DNA of 64,000 bases, taken from positions 229,308 to 293,307 of the forward strand of contig OZ253494.1 of assembly GCA_965262015.1 (NCBI GenBank). Reading direction: 5' to 3'. Source of the stretch: Leptospiria bacterium. Lineage in GTDB: Bacteria; Spirochaetota; Leptospiria; Turneriellales; CBDBES01. This document shows positions 23,534 to 31,245 of the stretch, piece after piece. Under the pieces are notes generated by a model. That model did no database searches. It was given only the letters and a program-made list of their open reading frames with translations, and was not told where the DNA came from. Position 1 is the stretch's first letter, and each line of letters opens with the position of its first letter. The position numbers and the translations under genes were made by a program.

Positions 23534-24565
23534 TTGCTAATAACTATTTGTTTTTTTACATATTGTAATGATCCAGTGGCTGGTAGCAACCCAGGAGACG
23601 ATAACAATCCAGATAATATAATAGAAGATGATGAAGATGATACAACAGAAGAAGTAGTTAATATATGTAAAGACCATCCAGCAGAAAAGGATGTCTCATT
23701 AATCTTAGAATGTTCAGATGGTACAGATGGGTGCAAGAAGGGCTCAAGCAAAATAGCGACAATAAGCAATACGATAAAAACTGCTAACTTACCCGTTTAT
23801 ACAGTATGTAGAAAAGAAGCCAAAGACACCTCTTTGGACGTTATTTTGAGATGGACTGTATCAGGAGATCATGGTAGCACTAGTGAGCTAATAACATATA
23901 AAAAAATACCAAGGATTGTGCCCTATATTAATCGTTATAAATCTAACTTGATACCATCAGGACGTCAAGGCTATTGTGAGTATAATAGCCTCCCTGCTGG
24001 AATATCAGCTGATTTTTTTTCCTTTAAGTTCATAGACGCAAACAAGGAAGCTATAGAAAATACAGAGATGACGTCAAGTGGGATGACGGTAAATGAAATA
24101 AAGGTTACTATTCCAGCAGGTAGTCAAGGCACGATATTCCAGTTAGATCCGCATAGATGTCCAGACGCTACAAGCCCCGTTGCTGATAGAGGAGACAGAG
24201 TAATAAGTATGGAGAAGAATAAGAATACGGTGAATATTGGTATCATAAATATAAATGAAGAGAGCTTGCCTCTTGCCATTGAATATCCCCATGATAAAAC
24301 AACAGATATACAAACTCTTAAGAATGCAATGCCATTATTGATAGATAGTGTAGGGATAGAGAGTGCTCTCAGAATTATATTTGAGAAATATTTTCTTTAT
24401 GATTGTCCTGGGGGGATGGTATCAGGAGGAGCATGTACTACTTCTCCTACAGGATCAAAAAAGCTTTATGATGCATCATCAACAGATGCTGATGTTATAT
24501 CAGCTTATAACAGTGCCTTAAAAGAGGCTGATAAAAAGGCTGGTGAATTTGGTAGTGATGAATAA
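23534..24565 (+). CDS. putative secreted protein or lipoprotein (hypothetical)
   Basis: TTG start; short hydrophobic N-terminus ending in a Cys (ICFFTYC|ND), then a D/E-rich stretch (NIIEDDEDDTTEE); no homology recognised. Confidence 0.5.
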   Translation: MLITICFFTYCNDPVAGSNPGDDNNPDNIIEDDEDDTTEEVVNICKDHPAEKDVSLILECSDGTDGCKKGSSKIATISNTIKTANLPVYTVCRKEAKDTSLDVILRWTVSGDHGSTSELITYKKIPRIVPYINRYKSNLIPSGRQGYCEYNSLPAGISADFFSFKFIDANKEAIENTEMTSSGMTVNEIKVTIPAGSQGTIFQLDPHRCPDATSPVADRGDRVISMEKNKNTVNIGIININEESLPLAIEYPHDKTTDIQTLKNAMPLLIDSVGIESALRIIFEKYFLYDCPGGMVSGGACTTSPTGSKKLYDASSTDADVISAYNSALKEADKKAGEFGSDE

Positions 24566-24660
24566 TAAGAAAGAAAGAGTATAATTAATTTCTATTAAGA
24601 ATATTTATATAAAACACACAAGGCTAAAAGTCAACATCCTATACAGGCAGAATAGACTTA

Positions 24661-24688
24661 GTTAGCCGTTAGCCGTTAGCCGTTATTC
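24661..24688. repeat. heptanucleotide tandem repeat (GTTAGCC x3 plus a degenerate fourth unit)
   Basis: gttagcc gttagcc gttagcc gttattc, read directly from the sequence. Confidence 0.8.
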
Positions 24689-24735
24689 TTAGGTCTTACT
24701 ACTACAGTAAAGCTTTAATTCGCACACTGATTACA

Positions 24736-24909
24736 TTAGATTTTTGGATACTGAAGAATAAATATCTTGCATAATACAATCCTTACATACTGGATTTTGT
24801 GATTTGCAAAATTTTCTTCCTAAAAATATTAAATATAAAGGTAGGTCTTTCTAATATTTTTGTGGCAAGAAAGACATTAGATATTTTTTTATTGTTTCAG
24901 GGCTTGTCT
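24736..24909 (-). pseudogene. displaced 3'-terminal fragment of endonuclease III gene (nth); left direct repeat of the island
   Basis: ~174 bp aligning at roughly 90% identity to 42925-43103 (3' end of the intact nth). Encodes ..LMSFLPQKY*KDLPLYLIFLGRKFCKSQNPVCKDCIMQDI.. with TGG>TAG nonsense and no upstream nth body. Confidence 0.85.
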
Positions 24910-24938
24910 CATTTGTTCTTCCTATGAATATTTACTTA

Positions 24939-24971
24939 TTTAAAGAATAAGCAACAAGCTTATTCTTTAAA
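24939..24971. repeat. perfect 14-bp-stem inverted repeat at the inner edge of the left island junction
   Basis: tttaaagaataagc-aacaa-gcttattctttaaa; begins 30 bp inside the end of the nth homology. Confidence 0.7.
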
Positions 24972-25101
24972 CTAATTTTTCACTTCAAAATAGAACTTAC
25001 AAAAACTCAAAACACAGAGCTAATTAAAAGAAACAAAAAACTTATATTCAAGTTGATTAAAGGTTTATAAAATTAACAAGGGGTAATAGAAATAACTTAT
25101 C

Positions 25102-26967
25102 GTGAGTACTAAATTTTTTACTAATCAAAACAAAAACACCTTATTCAACAAACTCAAAGGTGTTTTTGACAATAATGAAAGTATCAATAACTTTGATGTT
25201 CTGGTAGATTATTTTCGCTTGTCGGGTTATTTTAAATTACGTCCATTTTTAGAGAATATTAACCATATTCGTATTCTGGTGGGTGTTGATGTTGATAGAA
25301 TCGCCCAAAAAATGCAGGCTGATGGCTTATCTCTATTTAAAGGTGATGATAAAAAAACGATTGAAGATTGGCAGGAAAAATTTATTGGTGATGTTAAAAA
25401 AGCCCGCTATGACGAGCAAACTGAGCAGGGCATCAAGCAATTTATTAAGGATGTACAAACAGGGAAAGTGCAAATCAAAGCACATCCAAGCCAGAACATT
25501 CACGCCAAAATATATATATTTCGCCCAGATGATTTTAACCCATATAAGTATGGTAGTGTGATTACTGGCTCATCAAACTTAACCGATGCAGGTATGAGAA
25601 CAAACACCAATCCTAATTATGAATTTAATGTGTTGTTAAATGACTATGAGGATATCCAATTTGCCACCAACGAGTTTGAAAAATTATGGCGGGAAGGTGT
25701 AGAGATATTACCTGAGGCAGCTGAGGTTAGCCTCAAAAAAACCTATTTAGCTGATAACATCACGCCCTATGAACTGTACTTAAAATGCCTGATTGAATAT
25801 TTTGGCACGGAGATTGAATTTGACCCTAACTCTATTAAAGATTTGCCCAGTGGCTTCATGCGTCTGTCCTATCAAATGGATGCCGTGAATGAAGGCTGGC
25901 AAATGCTAAACAAACATAATGGGTTTTTTCTTGCCGATGTGGTGGGTTTAGGTAAAACGATTATTGCCATTTTGATCGCACGCCAGTTTTATCGCTATAA
26001 CGGCTATCCTGATCATCGTTCTAAAATTTTATTGGTTATTCCGCCTGCACTCGAAAAAAACTGGGTCGATACTTTAGAACATTTCGACATTAAAGATGCC
26101 TTTGAGATTATTACCAATGGCAGTTTGCATAAAATCAAAGACCCTAAAAAGTACGACATGGTGATTGTTGATGAGGCACATAAGTTTCGCAACGATACCG
26201 CAGAAGCTTATACCCAGTTACAACTTATTTGCAAAACAAAAACTGTTGATGGCAAGGCTAAAAAAGTGATGTTGATTTCAGCCACACCACTAAATAATCA
26301 CCCTGGTGATTTATACAACCAAATTTTATTATTTCAGGACGGTAATAACTCCACCCTTGATTTTCCACTGGCTAGTTTTTTTACCAAAGCAAAAAAAGAA
26401 TATACAGACATCTCGAACCTACCCGATAAACATCAAGCTGGACAGAAAGCAGCAGAACTATATGAAGAAATTCGTGAAAAAGTGATTACCCCACTTATGG
26501 TGCGCCGAACCCGCACTGATTTATTAGAAAATGATCGCTATAAAAAAGATTTAACCAAACGGGGCATTGTATTCCCCAAAACAACCGCATCCCAACCAGT
26601 CTACGTCAAATTAGAAACACAACTGGAACAATTATACGATAGCACGATTAAAAAAATTAATAACAAAAAACAAGATGCTTCAGGATTATTACATGCTCGT
26701 TATCAAGTGTTGCATTATCTAAAGCCTGAATTCAAACAACAATACAAAAGAGCAGACCTGATTTCTAAGCAGTTAGTTGCTATTATGAAAACACTGTTAC
26801 TTAAAAGAATGGATAGCAGTTTTTATGCATTTAAGCAAACTCTAGATCGTTTTATAACATCCTCAAAAGTTATAATAAAAATGATTGAAGATAATAAAAT
26901 TATCATTGGATCAAACTTAGTTTACTACGTCATCCCCCCCCCCCCAAATGAGATAATAATTTTATGA
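25102..26967 (+). CDS. PLD-family nuclease domain fused to SNF2-family helicase N-lobe; 3'-truncated, likely non-functional
   Basis: HKD motif (NIHAKIYIF...GSSNLT), SNF2 motifs I (VVGLGKT), II (VIVDEAHKFRN), III (LISATPLNN). No helicase C-lobe (motifs IV-VI). ORF ends 20 nt after a C12 tract. GTG start. Confidence 0.8.
   Translation: MSTKFFTNQNKNTLFNKLKGVFDNNESINNFDVLVDYFRLSGYFKLRPFLENINHIRILVGVDVDRIAQKMQADGLSLFKGDDKKTIEDWQEKFIGDVKKARYDEQTEQGIKQFIKDVQTGKVQIKAHPSQNIHAKIYIFRPDDFNPYKYGSVITGSSNLTDAGMRTNTNPNYEFNVLLNDYEDIQFATNEFEKLWREGVEILPEAAEVSLKKTYLADNITPYELYLKCLIEYFGTEIEFDPNSIKDLPSGFMRLSYQMDAVNEGWQMLNKHNGFFLADVVGLGKTIIAILIARQFYRYNGYPDHRSKILLVIPPALEKNWVDTLEHFDIKDAFEIITNGSLHKIKDPKKYDMVIVDEAHKFRNDTAEAYTQLQLICKTKTVDGKAKKVMLISATPLNNHPGDLYNQILLFQDGNNSTLDFPLASFFTKAKKEYTDISNLPDKHQAGQKAAELYEEIREKVITPLMVRRTRTDLLENDRYKKDLTKRGIVFPKTTASQPVYVKLETQLEQLYDSTIKKINNKKQDASGLLHARYQVLHYLKPEFKQQYKRADLISKQLVAIMKTLLLKRMDSSFYAFKQTLDRFITSSKVIIKMIEDNKIIIGSNLVYYVIPPPPNEIIIL
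26934..26945. repeat. C12 homopolymer
   Basis: 12 consecutive C in an AT-rich genome, at the truncation point of the SNF2 ORF. Confidence 0.95.
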
Positions 26968-26996
26968 AGCTAGACGAAAACAACATAGAACAATCA

Positions 26997-27057
26997 TTTG
27001 TTATCACAGTTGGGGGAGTGGTGAACAGGGGTACAGTGTTAAAATAGATTATTATGA
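26997..27057 (+). repeat. ~60-bp direct repeat, copy 1 (gene-tail/leader unit ending in the ATG of the 2TM gene)
   Basis: tttgttatcacagttgggggagtggtgaacaggggtacagtgttaaaatagattattATGA. Reads as ..FVITVGGVVNRGTVLK* followed 8 nt later by ATG. Confidence 0.85.
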
Positions 27058-27611
27058 CAAGAACTCGTCGAAAAATTATTATTATTTTGTCCAGTATTAC
27101 GTTGTTGGTGGGGGTGGTTTGGGTAATTGATAAACCTAGCTATGGATCAATTACGTTTTGTCTTTCCTCTGCTGTGGTTTTATTTAGTTTTTGGTGGCCA
27201 CTACCAAGAAAAAAATATACTCAAAAGTGTCTTAAAGATATTATTTCTTTTAATTATAGTAATGATGACGGCAGGCACTCTATTGGTAATGATAATCTTT
27301 TATTTGAGACGGCGTGGTCTAAAGCAAGTGATACTTCAATTCATATATATAATGATCCACCATCCATAGACGGGATAGCTGTTGTAAGAAATAAACCAAA
27401 TATTTCAGATATTAGAGATGCCAGTACTTTTGACTTTTCTTCTCGTACAAGAACGCCAGAAGAGGGAGATATAGTTATTTTAAAAAATAAATATGGTAAC
27501 TATGCTGTCTTAAAAATAACGGATATTAAAGATAGTTCTAGATCTGATGAAGTCGATGAGGTTACTTTTGAGTATGTTATTAACCCAGATGGATATAGCG
27601 ATTTTAAATAA
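27054..27611 (+). CDS. small 2TM membrane protein with soluble C-terminal domain (hypothetical)
   Basis: Two hydrophobic helices (IIIILSSITLLVGVVWVI; ITFCLSSAVVLFSFWWPL), then a ~120-aa domain ending GDIVILKNKYGNYAVLKITDIKD..VTFEYVINPDG; no family recognised. Confidence 0.55.
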   Translation: MTRTRRKIIIILSSITLLVGVVWVIDKPSYGSITFCLSSAVVLFSFWWPLPRKKYTQKCLKDIISFNYSNDDGRHSIGNDNLLFETAWSKASDTSIHIYNDPPSIDGIAVVRNKPNISDIRDASTFDFSSRTRTPEEGDIVILKNKYGNYAVLKITDIKDSSRSDEVDEVTFEYVINPDGYSDFK

Positions 27612-27650
27612 AGATGACTAAGGTCATCAAGTCAAAATTCTACGTGATAC

Positions 27651-27711
27651 TTTGTTGTCACAGTTGGGGAGTGGTGGAATAGGAGTACAGCGTTAAAATA
27701 GATTATTATGA
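27651..27711 (+). repeat. ~60-bp direct repeat, copy 2 (ending in the ATG of the PHP-ATPase gene)
   Basis: tttgttgtcacagttggggagtggtggaataggagtacagcgttaaaatagattattATGA. Reads as FVVTVGEWWNRSTALK*; relative to copy 1 two compensating 1-nt indels keep the frame. Confidence 0.85.
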
Positions 27712-30470
27712 AAAAAGAAACAAATAAACGAGGATCGGAATGGCGTAAATGGGATTTACATGTACATACTCCTGAATCGCATGGATATAGAGGAGATTGG
27801 GAAGAATTTAAAACACAATTACAAGATGCTGATTGTGCTGTTATTGGTGTGAATGATTATTTTTCTATTGCTGGATATAAAAAATTAAAAGAAGAAATAG
27901 AAAATAGCACTTTAGATATTGGGGATAAAGTTATTTTGCCAGTTGTCGAAATGAGGATGACTGATTCATTGCAGAAAAATACAACCACAAACAGTGCAAT
28001 TCATTTTAATTTTCATATCATTTTTAACGATATATTGAATGTTGAGGATATTGAAAGTTTCATAAAATCTTTAGAGTATGGAGATAGTAGCATTGGATCT
28101 GACTATTATGATAAAATAAAATTACAAGATACAAAGGTCTCATTTAAAGACACATTAAAAAAATTACAATCTGATAAAAAGTTTCAAAATAACTTTTTAA
28201 TTTGGCTCCCTTACGATGAATATGGAGGAATTAGTGAAATCAATCCTAATTCAGATAGTCGGATAAAAGGAGATTTTACAAAAAAGTCTCATATTCTTGG
28301 CTCATCAAATCAAAAACAAATAGATTTTTTTCTTTGGAAATCTGAATTGGAGGTAGATGGCACTCCAAAATTTAATCAAGAACAATTTAAAAAATGGCTT
28401 GAACATAAAAAAGCTTGTATTAAAGGGAGTGATTCCCATTGTCACAAATACCCAATTGGAAAGTTACGGGACAAGAATTCAAAACCAATTGAAAAATTTT
28501 GTTGGATAAAAGCAAATCCTACTTTTGAAGGGTTAAAACAAATTGTTTATGATCCAGAAGATAGAGTGAAAATTCAAGAATTAAAACCAGAAGAAAAAGA
28601 AGATTATCAAGTAATTGATAAGGTAAAATTTATAGACAATTCTTTTCCCCCTGATGAGATTTTAATAAGTCAAAATTTGACAACAATTATTGGTGGAAAA
28701 TCTACTGGTAAATCAATTCTACTAAGAAACATAGCACAAACGATTGATTTTACTGAAGTTTCAAACAGATTAAAAGAAGTTGGATTGCTAGAATATAAAA
28801 AAGAAGTTTCTAATTTTAATGTTATTTGGAAAGACAAACAAGAAAATGAAAGAAATGAAAGAAATGAAGATAATGGAGTAAACAAGAAAATCATTTATAT
28901 TCCACAATCATATTTGAATAGACTTGTTGATAAAAAAGAAGATAAGACTTCAATTGATGACATCATTAAAAATGTTCTTGAACAGGAAAAGGGTGTGAAA
29001 ACTGTATTTTCTCGCTTACAAGAGCAGAATAGGGATATAGAAAGAGATATTACACAAAGTATTGCAAATATTTTTTATAAAGAAAATGACATAAAAAAAT
29101 TAAGTAAAAGTATTAAAGAAATTGGAGATAAAAAAGGTATCGAATTAGAGATAAAAAAATTAGAGCAAGAAGTTTCCGGACTTGAGAAAAAGACAGGAAT
29201 GAGTGACAATGAAATAAAAAAATATAATAATCTTTTAGAAAAAATTGAAGATTTAAAAAATAATCAAGAAAAAGTAGAAAAGGATATGCAATCTCTTAAA
29301 GTTTTAAAATCTCAAAAAAACTTTGATGTATTTGCAGAAAATCAAAATATACTAGATTCTCTTGATTCGGATATTCAAAAAACCTTAAAAGATAGTTTAC
29401 ATACAGTTATAGAAGAAGCTGAAACAAAATGGAGAGAGCAAATAGAAGTTGAATATAAAAAATTAAAAAAACAAAAAACAGATAATCAAGATGAATTAAA
29501 AAAACAGTATAAATCCTTTAATCCTCTTTTAGAAAAATCTGAAAAATCAGAATCTTTCAAGGAAAAAATAGAAAAATTAAAAGAAGAAGATAAAAAACTG
29601 AAAGCTATAATTCGCCAAGAAGAGGAACATAGAACACTAAAAGATGAGTATATTGCCTTAATAGAAAACATTGCTAAAGATCACTCAAAGTTTTTTGATA
29701 ATTTTTTCAATGCAAAAACAGAAATTTTGAAACAAAGAAGTATTACAGAAGATCAGGATTTAGAATTTAGGATAGAGGTTGTATTTGAAAAGAAATCTTT
29801 TCAAGAGGAATGTATAAATAAAATGTGTGATCAAAGAAAATTAAATCAGTTTCAAGACGTTTCTTTGCAAGATTATAAATATAATAAAGCTGATTTTAAA
29901 AACGATATAGAAAAAATTATTAAAGGTATTTTAAGTGAAAAAGTAACCCTTGTAAACTCGTATTCAAAAAAAGAAGCAATTACGAGATTAGTCAAAAGTT
30001 GGTTTGTTTTTGATTACATAATTAAACAAAATGGAGACGAAATTTCTGAAATGTCTCCAGGAAAAAAATCTTTTGTTTTATTAAAACTTTTGATTGAGCT
30101 TGATACTAGTAAATGCCCAATTTTATTAGATCAGCCAGAAGATGATTTAGACAATCGTTCAATTTATTATGATTTAGTAAAATTTATAAAGACGAAGAAA
30201 AAAGAAAGGCAAATTATTATTGCAACCCATAACCCAAATTTAGTTGCTGGGGCTGACTCAGAATGTATAATCGTTGCAAATCAAGAAGGCAATAAAGCAA
30301 AAAATAAAACTTATAAATTTGAATACGTTCAAGGTGCTTTAGAAAATACTTTTTTAAATAAAGACTCTAAATGTGTTCTAGAACAGAGAGGAATTCAAGA
30401 ACATGTTTGTGATATTCTTGAAGGTGGTAAGACTGCTTTTGAAACAAGAAAGAAAAAATATAACATTTAG
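27708..30470 (+). CDS. PHP-domain phosphoesterase fused to SMC/ABC-type coiled-coil ATPase (Ppl/TrlF-like defence ATPase)
   Basis: N-terminal PHP motifs (WRKWDLHVHTPES, VIGVNDYF, VVEMR, KGSDSHC), Walker A IIGGKSTGKS, ~250-aa K/E-rich coiled coil, Walker B/D-loop PILLDQPEDDLDN, H-loop IIATHNPNL. Confidence 0.8.
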   Translation: MKKETNKRGSEWRKWDLHVHTPESHGYRGDWEEFKTQLQDADCAVIGVNDYFSIAGYKKLKEEIENSTLDIGDKVILPVVEMRMTDSLQKNTTTNSAIHFNFHIIFNDILNVEDIESFIKSLEYGDSSIGSDYYDKIKLQDTKVSFKDTLKKLQSDKKFQNNFLIWLPYDEYGGISEINPNSDSRIKGDFTKKSHILGSSNQKQIDFFLWKSELEVDGTPKFNQEQFKKWLEHKKACIKGSDSHCHKYPIGKLRDKNSKPIEKFCWIKANPTFEGLKQIVYDPEDRVKIQELKPEEKEDYQVIDKVKFIDNSFPPDEILISQNLTTIIGGKSTGKSILLRNIAQTIDFTEVSNRLKEVGLLEYKKEVSNFNVIWKDKQENERNERNEDNGVNKKIIYIPQSYLNRLVDKKEDKTSIDDIIKNVLEQEKGVKTVFSRLQEQNRDIERDITQSIANIFYKENDIKKLSKSIKEIGDKKGIELEIKKLEQEVSGLEKKTGMSDNEIKKYNNLLEKIEDLKNNQEKVEKDMQSLKVLKSQKNFDVFAENQNILDSLDSDIQKTLKDSLHTVIEEAETKWREQIEVEYKKLKKQKTDNQDELKKQYKSFNPLLEKSEKSESFKEKIEKLKEEDKKLKAIIRQEEEHRTLKDEYIALIENIAKDHSKFFDNFFNAKTEILKQRSITEDQDLEFRIEVVFEKKSFQEECINKMCDQRKLNQFQDVSLQDYKYNKADFKNDIEKIIKGILSEKVTLVNSYSKKEAITRLVKSWFVFDYIIKQNGDEISEMSPGKKSFVLLKLLIELDTSKCPILLDQPEDDLDNRSIYYDLVKFIKTKKKERQIIIATHNPNLVAGADSECIIVANQEGNKAKNKTYKFEYVQGALENTFLNKDSKCVLEQRGIQEHVCDILEGGKTAFETRKKKYNI

Positions 30471-30538
30471 GAAGAAAAAAATCAAGGTAATTCTCAAAAT
30501 GATACAATAACCGTTCATGCTATAATTTTTTATATAAT

Positions 30539-30737
30539 ATGAGCACAATTGAACTAATAGAAAACGAAAAAAGAGATATTTTAAAATGTATTGAAGCAGG
30601 GAAACCGTTGCCAGACAGATACCGTTTTTTGTTATTTGAAGACAAAAAAGAAGTTGAACTTGTTTGGAATGGTAAAACGCAGGAAGTAAACAAAATAATT
30701 TTACCTTTTCAAACAATTGAAGTAGTAGATGAACCAA
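30539..30737 (+). pseudogene. 5' fragment (about 66 codons) of a type III-like adenine DNA methyltransferase
   Basis: LLFEDKKEVELVWNGKTQEVNKIILPFQTIEVVDEPRA is the conserved N-terminus of Mod-type methylases as I recall it. The catalytic body is absent, and the fragment joins the type IIG tail copy at ~30738. Confidence 0.6.
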
Positions 30738-31245
30738 GGGCGGTATAAAATAAAATATGAAATGGCAGATGAATATATTGTTGGCGGGTTTAGGATCGAC
30801 ACAATTCAGTCAAATCAGGATAATAACTTTCTTATTTCTCAAGAAGTTACTGGAACCAATGATGTGAGAAGATTGCATTTTGCGGTGAAAGACAATAACA
30901 ATGAGCGGGTATTGTGGGGAGATTCAGTGAATAAGACTCTGCTTAAAAATCAAGGCGAAAACCACTATTTGCTGGCTCTGCTAAACGCTAAATTTATGGA
31001 TTGGTATTTCCGAATCACTTCATCCAACAATCATGTTCAAGGCTATGAAATAGAACAACTCCCCATCCCTAAAATATCAAAACCAGAACAACAGCCGTTT
31101 ATAGATTTAGTGGATAAAATTCTCACCACCAAACAACAGGGGCAAGACACCAGCACACTAGAAGCCCAAATAGATAAGATGGTTTATGAGCTTTATGACC
31201 TTACTGAGGATGAGATAAAAATTGTTGAGGGTGAGAAATGAGTAA
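30738..31245 (+). pseudogene. duplicated 3' ~0.5 kb of the type IIG R-M gene (TaqI-like C-terminal specificity region)
   Basis: 508-bp direct repeat of 37084-37591 (170 aa, roughly 90% identical to the C-terminus of the 1217-aa enzyme), including the overlapping ATGA junction to the next gene. Confidence 0.85.

Noticed and set aside
23125-23769. ORFs 23125-23349 (-) and 23527-23769 (-)
   Set aside because: The first lies in an AT-rich intergenic region with a low-complexity hydrophobic translation. The second is antisense to the better-supported 23534-24565 ORF. No motifs were seen in either.
26934-26945. The C12 tract as a functional ON/OFF phase-variation switch for the SNF2 gene
   Set aside because: I translated all three frames downstream. 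C11 gives ..Q M R stop, C13 gives K stop, and C12 stops after 7 codons. No tract length within +/-1 restores a helicase C-lobe.
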